Shown: positions 50,100 through 61,095 of the stretch, in pieces
How positions within the stretch are numbered: the first letter of the stretch is position 1
Layout: each line of letters starts with the position of its first letter
Assembly (NCBI RefSeq): GCF_006345805.1
Contig: NC_043004.1
Location: forward strand, 77,562,001-77,626,000
Source of the DNA: Octopus sinensis
Lineage: Eukaryota
DNA length: 64,000 nt
Reading direction: 5' to 3'
Position numbers and translations under genes: made by a program
Notes under the pieces: model-generated
What the model was told of the DNA's origin: nothing
Seen by the model: the letters and a program-made list of their open reading frames with translations, nothing else
Database searches by the model: none

Positions 50100-51610
50100 C
50101 CCCATTCATAAAGGAGGTAGCAGAGCGGAAGCCAAGAACTATAGACCTATCTCTCTGACCTCACACATCAGCAAGGTCATGGAACGAATAGTCAGAAGGA
50201 AGCTGATCACCTTCCTCGAAGAGAATGACTTGCTGCCCGACACCCAACATGGTTTCCGACCAGGGAGAAGCTGTTTAACTCAGCTCCTACAACACTATGA
50301 CTGGGTGCTGAAACGGCTGCTCAACCACTCAAATGTGGAAGTGATATATCTCGACTTTGCAAAGGCCTTTGATAAAGTCGATCATGGAATGATATGTCAC
50401 AAACTGCGTGATCTCAACATAGTTGGAAAACTGGGAGAATGGCTTCATGACTTTCTGAAGGATAGAAGTCAGGTGGTAGTAGCCAATGGGGCCACCTCCA
50501 TTAACACACAAATAGTGAGCGGTGTTCCGCAGGGCACTGTTCTGGGACCACTACTGTTCATAATGGCCCTCTCAGACATGCCCTCAGCCACGCAGAGAGC
50601 CACGATCACAAGTTATGCAGATGATACAAAAGTTTCACAGGCAATACAGAACCTGAGGACACTAAACACCTGCAATGTGAGCTGGACGAAATATACAAGT
50701 GGGCTGAAAAGAATAGCATGCAGTTCAATGCTGGAAAGTTTCAAGCTTTATACTATCAGCATGCAAAACTGAATGCAATACCCAATGAATACACTGGACC
50801 CGGAGGATTGCAATCCCAGAGGCACAATCAGTGCGTGACCTGGTATTCACATGAGTAATGACGCGACCTTTCATGTACATGTTGCTAAACTGACAATGAA
50901 ATGTAGACGGCTGGCTGGATGGATTCTTAGAACCTTTAGAACAAGAGAACAAAAAACCATGATGGTCCTCTGGAAGACACTTGTCCTAAGCCACTTTGAC
51001 TATTGCTCTCAGTTATGGTCACCATCCAGTGTCAAGTTGATCACAGAACTTGAGGCGATCCAACGAAGCTACACGAAGAAGATAGCCTCTATGCAGAATG
51101 TAAGCTACTGGGAAAGACTCAAGAGATTAAAATTATATTCTCTGGAGCGTAGGCGGGAAAGATATGCCATAATATACATCTGGAAGATCCTGGAGGGAAG
51201 TGTCCTGAACTTTGGCATCGAGAGTTACGCAAATGCCAGAACTGGGCGCCACTGCGTGGTGCCTAGGACTCCAAACCTGCCATCAAGATGTAGGACAAGA
51301 TTCTGTGATAGCCTAGGCTTCCGAGGCCCACAGCTCTTCAATATCCTCCCGATGAACCTGAGAGACCTGCATGGGGTGGATACAGATGTCTTTAAAATGA
51401 AGCTGGATCTCTTCCTGTCAGGTGTCCCAGATGAACCAACTTCACGGCAGGAGGGGCAGATGAGGGCAGCTGCATCGAACTCTCTCATGCACCAAATAGC
51501 AGTTGCTAGAAAGCCTTCATGAAGTGAAACCATGTAGCAACACCAAATGGCGGTGCCCCAGCATGGCCACAGCCCATAAGCTGAAACTAGAATCAATCAA
51601 TCAATCAATC
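50100..51610 (+). mobile_element. 5'-truncated CR1/L2-group LINE, nearly intact RT, (ATCA)n tail, inserted in (TA)n
   Basis: PIHKGG...NYRPISLTSHISKVMERIV...QHGFRPGRSCLTQL...YLDFAKAFDKVDH...GVPQGTVLGPLLF...YADDTK; frameshift near 50650; C-terminus YWERLKRLKLYSLERRRERY. Confidence 0.92.
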
Positions 51611-51668
<58 letters not shown>

Positions 51669-51818
51669 CATAAGTATGATTTTAACTTCAACTTTGATGA
51701 AAAGAAAAAATCCTTATATGAATATTACGCTTGAACTTCTTTGTATTAAGAGGAACTATATACTGAAAATTATAGTCTAACTGTATGTTTTTTATAAGTT
51801 TATATGCATGTATATTTG

Positions 51819-51919
<101 letters not shown>

Positions 51920-52064
51920 ATATATGTATGTACATATATATTTATTTGTATGGATTGTGGATTGTTTATCTTGTATCATAATATTTGATATGTTAGAATC
52001 TATTATAAGATGTATTGTCAAGTGAAGATTACTATAAATTTAATAATAGTTATTATTGATAAAC

Positions 52065-52066
<2 letters not shown>

Positions 52067-52095
<29 letters not shown>

Positions 52096-52112
52096 TAATA
52101 ATAATATTAATA
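52067..52112. repeat. (AAT)n microsatellite
   Basis: Direct reading. Confidence 0.9.
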
Positions 52113-52410
52113 ATGATCAAGAAGGGAACCGAAAATTATATGAGAATGATCCCTGGCTTACCATCCCTGCAAGAAGTGCAAAAGATTGTCTTAACTGGTA
52201 CATCACACGTATTGAGAAGAGCATTGTCGATGTGAGAACTATTACTACCCATGTATTTTAATTTAACTTTAAAAAAAAAAAAATGAACGAACTAGTGAGT
52301 CTAGTTTAATGGCCTACCAATGTATACTATGAGTTTCTTTGCCCTAGGAGTCGGGAAGACACTCGGCAAGAAATGGAAGCAAATTTAAAAGAAGAAGAAA
52401 AAAGATAACA
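52113..52410 (+). mobile_element. 3' end of an RLE-type (R4/Dong-like) non-LTR element in a (TAA)n tract
   Basis: MIKKGTENYMRMIPGLPSLQEVQKIVLTGTSHVLRRALSM* (52113-52235) resembles the R4-clade C-terminus; flanked by (AAT)n. Confidence 0.65.
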
Positions 52411-53084
52411 ATAATATTAATAATTGATTATTATTTATGTGGTCATAAGCATAGACGTGTTTATATGTTCCAGTATATGTATATATATGTATATGACGTA
52501 TGGTCTATTTACGTGGACCTATTGTTTAATTGTGTTTACTTATGTATTTTTACACTTGTAAAAGTATATACTCTCTGCTTATGTATGTATATGTGTATAT
52601 ATGTATATACTCTTTACTCTCTTTTTACTTTTTACTTGTTTCAGTCATTTGACTGTGGCCATGCTGGAGCACCGCCTTTAGTCGAGCAAATCGACCCCAG
52701 GACTTATTCCATCGGTCTCTTTTGCCGAACCACTAAGTTACGGGGGTGTAAACACACCAGCATCGGTTGTCAAGCGATGTTGGGGAGACAAACACAGACA
52801 CAGAAACACACACACACATACATACATACATATCATCATCATCGTCGTTTAACGTCCGTTCTCCATGCTAGCATGGGTTGGACGGTTCGACCGGGGTTCT
52901 GGGAAGCCAGAAGGCTGCACCAGGCTCCAGTCTAATCTGGCAATGTTTCTACAGCTGGATGCCCTTCCTAACGCCAACCACTCCGTGAGTGTAGTGGGTG
53001 CTTTTTACGTGCCACCTGCACAGGTGCCAGGCGGGGCTGGCAACGGCCACGGTCAGATTGGTGTATTTTATGTGCCACCGGCAC

Positions 53085-53096
53085 ATAATATATATA

Positions 53097-53142
<46 letters not shown>

Positions 53143-53150
53143 TTATATAT

Positions 53151-53192
<42 letters not shown>

Positions 53193-53223
53193 ATATATTA
53201 TATATAATATATATATATAATAT

Positions 53224-53289
<66 letters not shown>

Positions 53290-53290
53290 T
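53085..53290. repeat. (TA)n microsatellite (~200 bp)
   Basis: Direct reading; others at 15905-15930, 38175-38215, 38395-38435, 51610-51672, 51820-51940. Confidence 0.95.
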
Positions 53291-53459
53291 ACGATAGGCT
53301 TCTTTCAGTTTCCTTCTACCAAATCCACTCACAAGGCTTTGGTCAGCCCGAGGCTATAGCAGAAGGCACTTGCCCAAGGTGCCATGCAGTGAGACTGAAC
53401 CCGGAGCCATGTGGTTCGTAAGCAAGCTACTTACCACACAGTCACTCCTAGGCCTCTAT

Positions 53460-54480
53460 ATATGTATATGTTTCTATGGATAGTTGTTCATATTTCTTTA
53501 TATATATTAAATAATACGTGGATCATGTTTCATGTATTAATATTAATATTTTTAAAGTTCTTTATAACCTCTGACGAAGCCTATGGTTATATATATAAGT
53601 ACCCTATTTTTAAATGCCTATAACCTCAATATATTGACAATTATAGGCAATAAAAATAAAAATAACTACTTTTAACCATAGGCTGAAACAGCTGTAAGAA
53701 GTGATTTTAATGATTTCAATAATTTATATTATGATTTTTATAATTTGTATTCTTATCTTATACGTATTGAATTATGAGATATATATGTATACTATTAAGG
53801 TTCTCATTTTGTTAAACGAATAAATAATTCAACATTCTAATATCTGAAAGTTGATGAACAAACTAAATTTGTTTCTCCATTTTTTTATTTGTATTATGAA
53901 TTAACGGTAAAAATATTTCTTTACCTTCACCCGTTTAATACAATAAATAAGTTAATTGCATTGCAATTAAAAGCATTTATGTATTAAGAATCTGGGTACT
54001 TTACCAACAGTATATTGGATAAATACTATCCCTTAGTGGGTTACACCCATAACTCCTAACTTACTTTGTGTTATATATATATATATATAATAATTATTTG
54101 AGGGAATATTAATCCTAACTTACAGGGAAAAAAATTCAATTTAGAAATACTAAATCAAATTTCACACAATATAATATATATATATAAAATTAGAATAAAC
54201 CACCTTTTATCAATTCAAAATGAACAATTAAATTACACCATCTAGAATTTTTACTATAATCATTTCTTAAATATAGCCACGAATCACGTGTCGTTATTCT
54301 ACCAATTATATACGTTTTTATCATTTTTTGCAATTTACTTAATCATTGATATTTTATTATTTTAATTTTAATATTTCTATTATATGTAATTTTCTAGATG
54401 GTGCAATTTAATTGTTCATTTTGAATTGATAAAAGGTGTTTTTTTTCTAATTTGTATATATATATATGTGTGTGTGTGTA
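53460..54480. mobile_element. Probable Penelope-like element remnant (pLTR pieces, inverted arrangement)
   Basis: Hammerhead-like core at 53571-53696 and an inverted repeat (54186-54250 / 54390-54453), both typical of PLE termini; no ORF seen. Confidence 0.45.
53571..53696 (+). ncRNA. Type I hammerhead-ribozyme-like motif (stem I degenerate)
   Basis: CTGACGA-[AGCCTATGGTTA...TAACCATAGGCT]-GAAAC-AGCT-GTA. Confidence 0.55.
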
Positions 54481-55379
54481 TATAAATGTATGTAAGATCC
54501 AGGGAAGAAAGTTAGCTTCAAGCAATCTGTAGTAAATATCAAAAAATAACTTTCAGGGACAATAGTGGATTACTGAGACGGAAGGTTGTAGATTGTTTCA
54601 TATCGAAGAACGATAAGCTGGAAAAAGTTCTTTTTATATTCCAGAGTAGGCAACGAGGGTTGCCAGGTGTGTGAATAAGAATATAAGAATTACAGAATGG
54701 AAATATTCTTGGCCTGAAGAGTAGCTGGCAGTATACACCTCACTTGGATTTTACCACTTCTGAAGTTCCACTCACTATGAAACATATGTAGCCTGGATCT
54801 TTCCTACTCCATTCCATAACTCTTATGTACACACACACACACACACCTTCCTTCAACTTGAGGGTACACCTGGACATTCTTCACCAGCTCCTTCTTCTTT
54901 TCCAACTGGGGTTAGTATAGACAAACCTCTTTCCACACTCCTGAAAATTGCTAGCCTTGTGCCTAAATTATAAACTATTATTTTACACTGCATACATAGT
55001 CGGCAGCCACTGCAAATTAATATATATTTCTTTACTGCAAAGTCGACCTCGGCGGAATTTGAGCTCAGAGCATAAAGACAGACGACATATATATGTCTTT
55101 ACTGCCCACAAGGGGATAAACACAGAGAGGACAAACAAACGGATTAAGTCGATTATATCGACTCCAGTACGTAACTTGTACTTAATTTATCGACCCCGAA
55201 AGGATGAAAGGCAAAGTTGACTACGGCAGAATTTGAACTCAGAACGTAACGACAGACGAACTACCGCTAAGCGTATCGCCCAGCGTGCTAACGTTTCTGC
55301 CAGCTCGCCAGAAGCCTAGAAACGTTTGAAAGACCAACGATACTTGAGATGGGAAGGTGGGTACGAAACGTCATTAAAC

Positions 55380-55440
55380 GAGAACGTAACGAGAAAAGAC
55401 GAGACGTTAGCATCGCTATCGTTTCCGGTTGCTGTGATGG
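55380..55440 (+). promoter_or_regulatory. Probable DCTN4 core promoter / 5'UTR
   Basis: CpG-rich; ETS-type TTCCGG at about 55423 just before ATGGCG, a layout typical of housekeeping promoters. Confidence 0.4.
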
Positions 55441-56774
55441 CGACGTATCGTGACATCGATAAGGTGAAATACCTTTGCGATTGTGGCAAGAAACATCCAA
55501 TTTGTTGGCTTTATCTATGTCGACATTGTTTTAAGCTGCGATGTGGTGATTGTCTTCTACATGAAGTGGATTCCCACTTTTGCCCCTGTTGTCTTGAAAA
55601 TCTACCTTCAACAGAAGCCAAGCTTCGTAAAAATCGATGTGGGAGTTGTTTTGATTGCCCCAGCTGTGGCCATCTCTTGTCTACTCGAGCTACGAACACT
55701 TTTATTGTCAACCCAGAGGATCCGACGAAGAATATCCCGAAAAAGATGTACTATTTAGCTTGTGGATTTTGCCGTTGGACTACCAGAGATATTGGTATTG
55801 GTGACAAACCTGTTGCTACGGGAGGCTGGCAAGATCTGGAAAGCCCGCATCTTGATAGAGTCACTATGCTTTTAGAATACTATAAAAAGCTTTCACTGAA
55901 AGAGAACTCTGAAAAAGAACGTGAGAAATTCATCAAGAGGCGCGGTCATATTTATTATACCGATAAATTCAGTTTGGCGACCGTAGCTCTGAAACGCAAG
56001 GCCTTGAACAGTCCCTCGGCAGCCTTACACGATGATGACACGACGGTTCTAGAGATCGAACCTGCCGAAATGGTCACTGAATTCCCCGAACTTGACGATG
56101 AAATATTTTCCACTCCGATTCAGCTGAACAAAATTACTACTATCGACCAAAGGCTGTCATCACCAGAATTCCAACCAGTCCAGGTGAATAATATGTATCC
56201 CAGACACAAGCATTTACAAGTGAGGAAGTCTGTCAGGTGTAAGAAATGTGATCATAATCTCATCAAACCTGACTACAACTCTGCTTCGACCAAATTTAAA
56301 ATTCAATCAACTGCCATGTACCATGTACCAGAGCTTCGAATCTCTAACTATAATGTATTTTCTCCAAAGAAAGAGAAAAAAATTACCCTGACCTTATCAA
56401 ACCCTGCTATTTACAATATGGATATTGAATTTAGTCCTGTCCAAGGCGAAGATCTGTTTTCAACTGCCAAAGTGGACCTGCCTAAAAAGAAGATTGTTTT
56501 GGCACGACGCGATGAAGATGCATTGTACGAAGGTAGCACTTCTCTTGAGAATGCGTTCGATGATGATCCAGCAGTCATTGTGTCTCGGAAGCTGAACAAA
56601 ATTATCTTCAATATTGGTGTTACACCTGTAATTTCTGGAGGTGAGGTAAGGGTCGCATTTGTTATGCGCCATTCTTATAAAAACGTTACTCTCGGTCTCC
56701 CGAGCGAAAAAGAAGAGGTGCAAACCGTTTTGTTAGAACATACAATTTACGCTCAACTCGGACAAATCCAGTAA
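55437..56774 (+). CDS. DCTN4: Dynactin subunit 4 (p62), single-exon, 445 aa
   Basis: Uninterrupted ORF: MATYRDIDKVKYLCDCG...LYLCRHCFKLRCGDCLLHEVDSHFCPCCLENLPSTEAKLRKNRCGSCFDCPSC...YYLACGFCRWTTRD...RHKHLQVRKSVRCKKCDHNLIKPDYNSASTKFKIQ, the p62 Cys-rich signature. Good Kozak context (GTGATGG); AATAAA at 56775. Confidence 0.96.
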   Translation: MATYRDIDKVKYLCDCGKKHPICWLYLCRHCFKLRCGDCLLHEVDSHFCPCCLENLPSTEAKLRKNRCGSCFDCPSCGHLLSTRATNTFIVNPEDPTKNIPKKMYYLACGFCRWTTRDIGIGDKPVATGGWQDLESPHLDRVTMLLEYYKKLSLKENSEKEREKFIKRRGHIYYTDKFSLATVALKRKALNSPSAALHDDDTTVLEIEPAEMVTEFPELDDEIFSTPIQLNKITTIDQRLSSPEFQPVQVNNMYPRHKHLQVRKSVRCKKCDHNLIKPDYNSASTKFKIQSTAMYHVPELRISNYNVFSPKKEKKITLTLSNPAIYNMDIEFSPVQGEDLFSTAKVDLPKKKIVLARRDEDALYEGSTSLENAFDDDPAVIVSRKLNKIIFNIGVTPVISGGEVRVAFVMRHSYKNVTLGLPSEKEEVQTVLLEHTIYAQLGQIQ

Positions 56775-57974
56775 AATAAAGGACCATATGAACAAATGCC
56801 TGATGCTCTGTATATGTTGGCTGGCATGAAACAATGTATAACCAACTTTGACATCGCATAGCTTCCATTAATAATGCTATTTTTTATGTTGCCAAAATGT
56901 ATAATTTACCTACCGTTTTGTATTCGGTATACACTTATGCTTCATTAAGTGAAAAACGTAATTATTGCAAAGGACTTAAGATGAATATAATCGATATTAT
57001 AAATGCTATAAAGGTAAACTGTACGTACGTAGTTCACGTCCCGGTCAAGGGGCCTTTTTTTGTCTTTTGTCTAAAATGCCTAAGGTAATCAACAATATGT
57101 TGATGGGGCGATAATTATGGTAATATCGTAAAAAAAAGAACAATTCTTTTTGAAGGGGTTTTGGATTATTCTTCCAACTGCCGATTTGTTTACTTATGAC
57201 TTCCATTAAAATGGATATTTTTAAATTGACGTTTTGCAGATATTTTATTTCGAAAGTGTTGATTATCGAATGTGGACTTGTGTCCAACCATTCAGAAAGG
57301 TAAACACTGCAAGTTGCTACAGAAATTGGTGATAACAAAGACGAGAGAGGAAATGGAGCAGATCAACGATCTGAAACTTCTAAATTTTTGTTTATTTAAA
57401 TTTTATGTCTACATCCCCAGAAATATATATCTGCAAAATTTCATTAAAAGATATACACTTTTCAGTATGTGACGAGGAAACCAAGTGAAGTGGGGGACCA
57501 GCCTGTTGTCACACCTCTTCATCTTACTGCTTGTTACCTTTTCTTTAGTTCGTGTATAAACCTGTTATGACATTCTCATTAAACTGACAAATAATTGCTG
57601 TTAAATGGTTTTGGATAACCAGTAAGGTACCTCTGCAACTTTAGAATTACTTATTGTCAACTATACAATTACGGTCTATTGTGATTTCGTCCCTTAATTT
57701 AATTTAATAATATAATACACACACACATAATATATCTAAGTATGCAGATAATGCCCTGATGTAATTTATTGTGCATAGTCATTTGTATTGTGCACAAATG
57801 TATGTAATGTGGTTTGAAGCAAAATAATGCTGAAACATTTGTGACTAGTAATTGAATCAATGCTATATTGATATCTTCATCTTCTTCCTCCACATATATA
57901 ATCTGTGCATATACATATAAATTATATATATATATTATATATACATTATATATTTTATGTATATATATATATAT

Positions 57975-58176
57975 AACTAAAAATAAGGGTGTCTGAGAGA
58001 CACCACCATGCCGAAATAGCAGTCAAATCCCTGACTCTAAGAACCACCTTAAATGTTCATATCGCACCATGTCTTTTCTCATGGTGCGATATGACCATTT
58101 AAGGTGGTTTTTAGAGTCAGGTATTTGACTGCTATTTCGGCATGGTGGTGTCTCTCAGACACCCTTATTTTTAGTT
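57975..58176. repeat. Near-perfect 97-bp-arm palindrome (3 mismatches, 8-nt loop)
   Basis: Arms 57975-58071 and 58080-58176 compared base by base. Confidence 0.95.
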
Positions 58177-59412
58177 GTAAAAAATTATTACCTTTGTATG
58201 GTATTTATTCCCATGCTGGCCACTTGATAATATCGATATTTAAATATCAATATTATCCTTATTTATAAATATATATATATATGTATGTATGCATACATAT
58301 ATATGCATGCATATATATGTATGTTTGCATATATGTATGTGTATGTATGCATATATATATGTATGTATGTATATATATATATATGTATGCATGTGTGTGT
58401 TGTGGGAAATGTAACCTGTTTTGTTTTGTATTCTAGAAAATATTTTTAAATGAATGAAAAAGCTATTTATTAAGAAAAATTTACTTGAAGAATACATGTT
58501 GGTGCAGATATAATTAGAAATGCTTTCATTTACAGTCAGTATGTAATTGGGAAACTTTTTTCATAGATTCACTTTGATTGGCGATTAAATTGAAAAATTT
58601 ATTTTACCCTAAACACTATTGCTATAATTTCTTGCACAATTCATTATTGCCAGGTTTCTGAAATAATGACAAATGTATTTTTCTGAAATAAAATTTATCT
58701 AATACTCTAGAAATGTCTTCTTTTGTGGAATTGATCTCTAGCTCTAATTTTCAGAAGCAATTCCTCAAAATACATTAAACTTAAAAGATAACAATGTTCA
58801 TAATGATTAAAGTTGATTTTTTTAAAAGATAAAATATGAGGTAGCTTGGTTAATAATATTGATTTCCCCGAGTAAAATGTCTCACTGAATAATTTACATT
58901 ATGTAGAAATATTCTTAAGAATGTTATGTTTTCTATCCAAAAAGCTTAAGCCTTTTTTTTTTTGATCTAAGGGAAATAACTCATTTATCAAGATAGAATT
59001 TTTAAAATCTTTTTTTCTTTTGTTCCTCATATAGACTTAAGTGTACAAAAATAATATCCTATTCTCAAGATTGCAAACGAAACCACTACTGGTTTTGTGT
59101 TAGTTTTAGCCCAAATAGCAACTTTAACAATAAAAATATTATTTCCTAAATCACATAGATTTACCCATCACTTCCCCAAATGGATGACGGCATTGAATAT
59201 AAAACAGAGATGACCGTTCGTTGAAGTGAAATTGTGCTATAGTTTGTTTTAGCCATCACAGCTTTATGAACTGAATGTTTTGTTATTTTGGGATCACCCA
59301 TGTATGTCAAAGGGAACAGTTTTTCTGTTGCAAAGCAGACTTCTCTATGACCAAAGGCATTCCAGCTGTGATCATCCTGTCTTTGTTTTTTTCCAGATGG
59401 TATGTATCAAGG

Positions 59413-59812
59413 CAGTGAGCTGGCAGAATTGGTAGCACGCCGGACGAAATGCTGAGCGGCATTTCGTCAGCCGCTATGTACTGAGTTCAAATTCCGCCGA
59501 GGTCGACTATGCCTTTCATCCTTTCGGGGTCGATTAAATAAGTACCAGTTACGCACTAGGGTCGATATAATCGACTTAATCCGTTTGTCTGTCCTTGTTT
59601 GTCCTCTCTGTGTTTAGCCCCTTGTGGGTAGTAAAGAAATAGGTATTTCGTCTGCTGTTACGTACTGAGTTCAAATTCCGCCGAGGTTGACTTTGCCTTT
59701 CATCCTTTCGGGGTTGATAAATTAAGTACCAGTTACGCACTGGGGTCGATATAACTGACTTAATCCGTTTGTCCTCTCTGTGTTTAGCCCCTTGTGGGCA
59801 ATAAAGAAATAG
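59413..59812 (+). mobile_element. SINE B with tandem duplication of its 3' ~170 bp
   Basis: Full copy 59413-59643 followed directly by a second 3' portion to 59812. Confidence 0.8.
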
Positions 59813-60644
59813 GTATGTATCTAGGATTACAGTATCAAAGGTGTACTTTCATTTTTAAGGTAGTAGAGTGATTTAAGAAGATTTTGACTGCTGTTTCTAA
59901 CAGGTGAGCGACCATGTAGAGGCTCTTGTATATGCGACAACTAGAATTACTAAAGACTATGCAGCTATCATCAGTTTTGGTACTGATATGCATTGCTAGA
60001 AAGGTATAAGCATCTTAGAATTCTTTGAAACAATCTTTGTAAGGTCACTCAGGTTTCTCACTGAGGTTATTTGTTGCATGAATGCATTTTACAGTCTCTC
60101 CAGTTGGTAGCCAAGTAATAAGAAGCGAAAGCCATGTTTTGCAGTCCAATTTACTCAATACAAAAGATTTCCAGAATCTCAATCCACAACATAGGTTCAG
60201 ATGTGGGTGGGTTGTAAGAATTTTGCTTCCCAAACACATGGCTCTGAGTTCAACCCTAATGCAAGGCACCTTAGGCAAGTGTTCCACTATGGCACCTGGC
60301 TGACCAAAGCCTTGTGAATGGATTTGGTAGAAAGAAAATAAAAGAAGCCTGTCGTATGTGTATACATCTATGTGTGTATTTTTGTTTGCCTTCACCCACC
60401 ATGTGACAACAGGTGCTGGTTTGTTCATGTTCTTGTAACATAGTAGTTTGACAAAAGAGACCAATAGAATAAGAACTGGGATTTGTTTGATTAAACCTTT
60501 CAAGGTGGTCCCCAGTATGGCTACAGTTCAATGACTGAAATGAGTCATAGATAAAAGATCCCCTTTTTGCTTTTTCATAATAAAGGTTGTCATTACCCAG
60601 TTATTGTGTACCATTATCAACATCATTTTACTTTTGCTTTTCAA

Positions 60645-61095
60645 TTCTTACATGGAATGGTGCTCTGAAAGTGTAGCTACTAGAATATGAATAGCCTGGG
60701 CAAAGTTCAGAGAGCTCCTACTTCTGCTGGTGACAAAGGGCCTCTCACTCAGAGTAAAAGGTAGACTGTATGATGCATGTGTACGAACAGCCATGCTACA
60801 TGGCAGTGAAACATGGGCTGTGATTGCTGAGGACATGCGTAAGCTTGCAAGGAATGAAGCCAGTATGTTCCACTGTGTGTAATGTTAGTGTGCATACTCG
60901 ACAGAGTATAAGTGCCTTGAGAGAAAAGTTGGACCTAAGAAGCATCAGATGTGGTGTGCAAGAGAGACGACTGCGCTGGTATGGTCACATGGTGAGAATG
61001 GATGTGTATAACTGAAAAAGTGCTACACCCTAGCGGTTGAGGGAACTTGTGGAAGAGGTAGACCCAGGAAGACCTAGGCTGAGGTGGTGAAGTGT
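60645..61095 (+). mobile_element. RTE LINE fragment
   Basis: RSIRCGVQERRLRWYGHMVRM; matches 45960-46350. Confidence 0.8.

Noticed and set aside
55326-55436. 37-aa N-terminal extension of DCTN4 from the ORF track
   Set aside because: Homology to p62 starts at MATY (55437), which has the better Kozak context; the extension resembles nothing.
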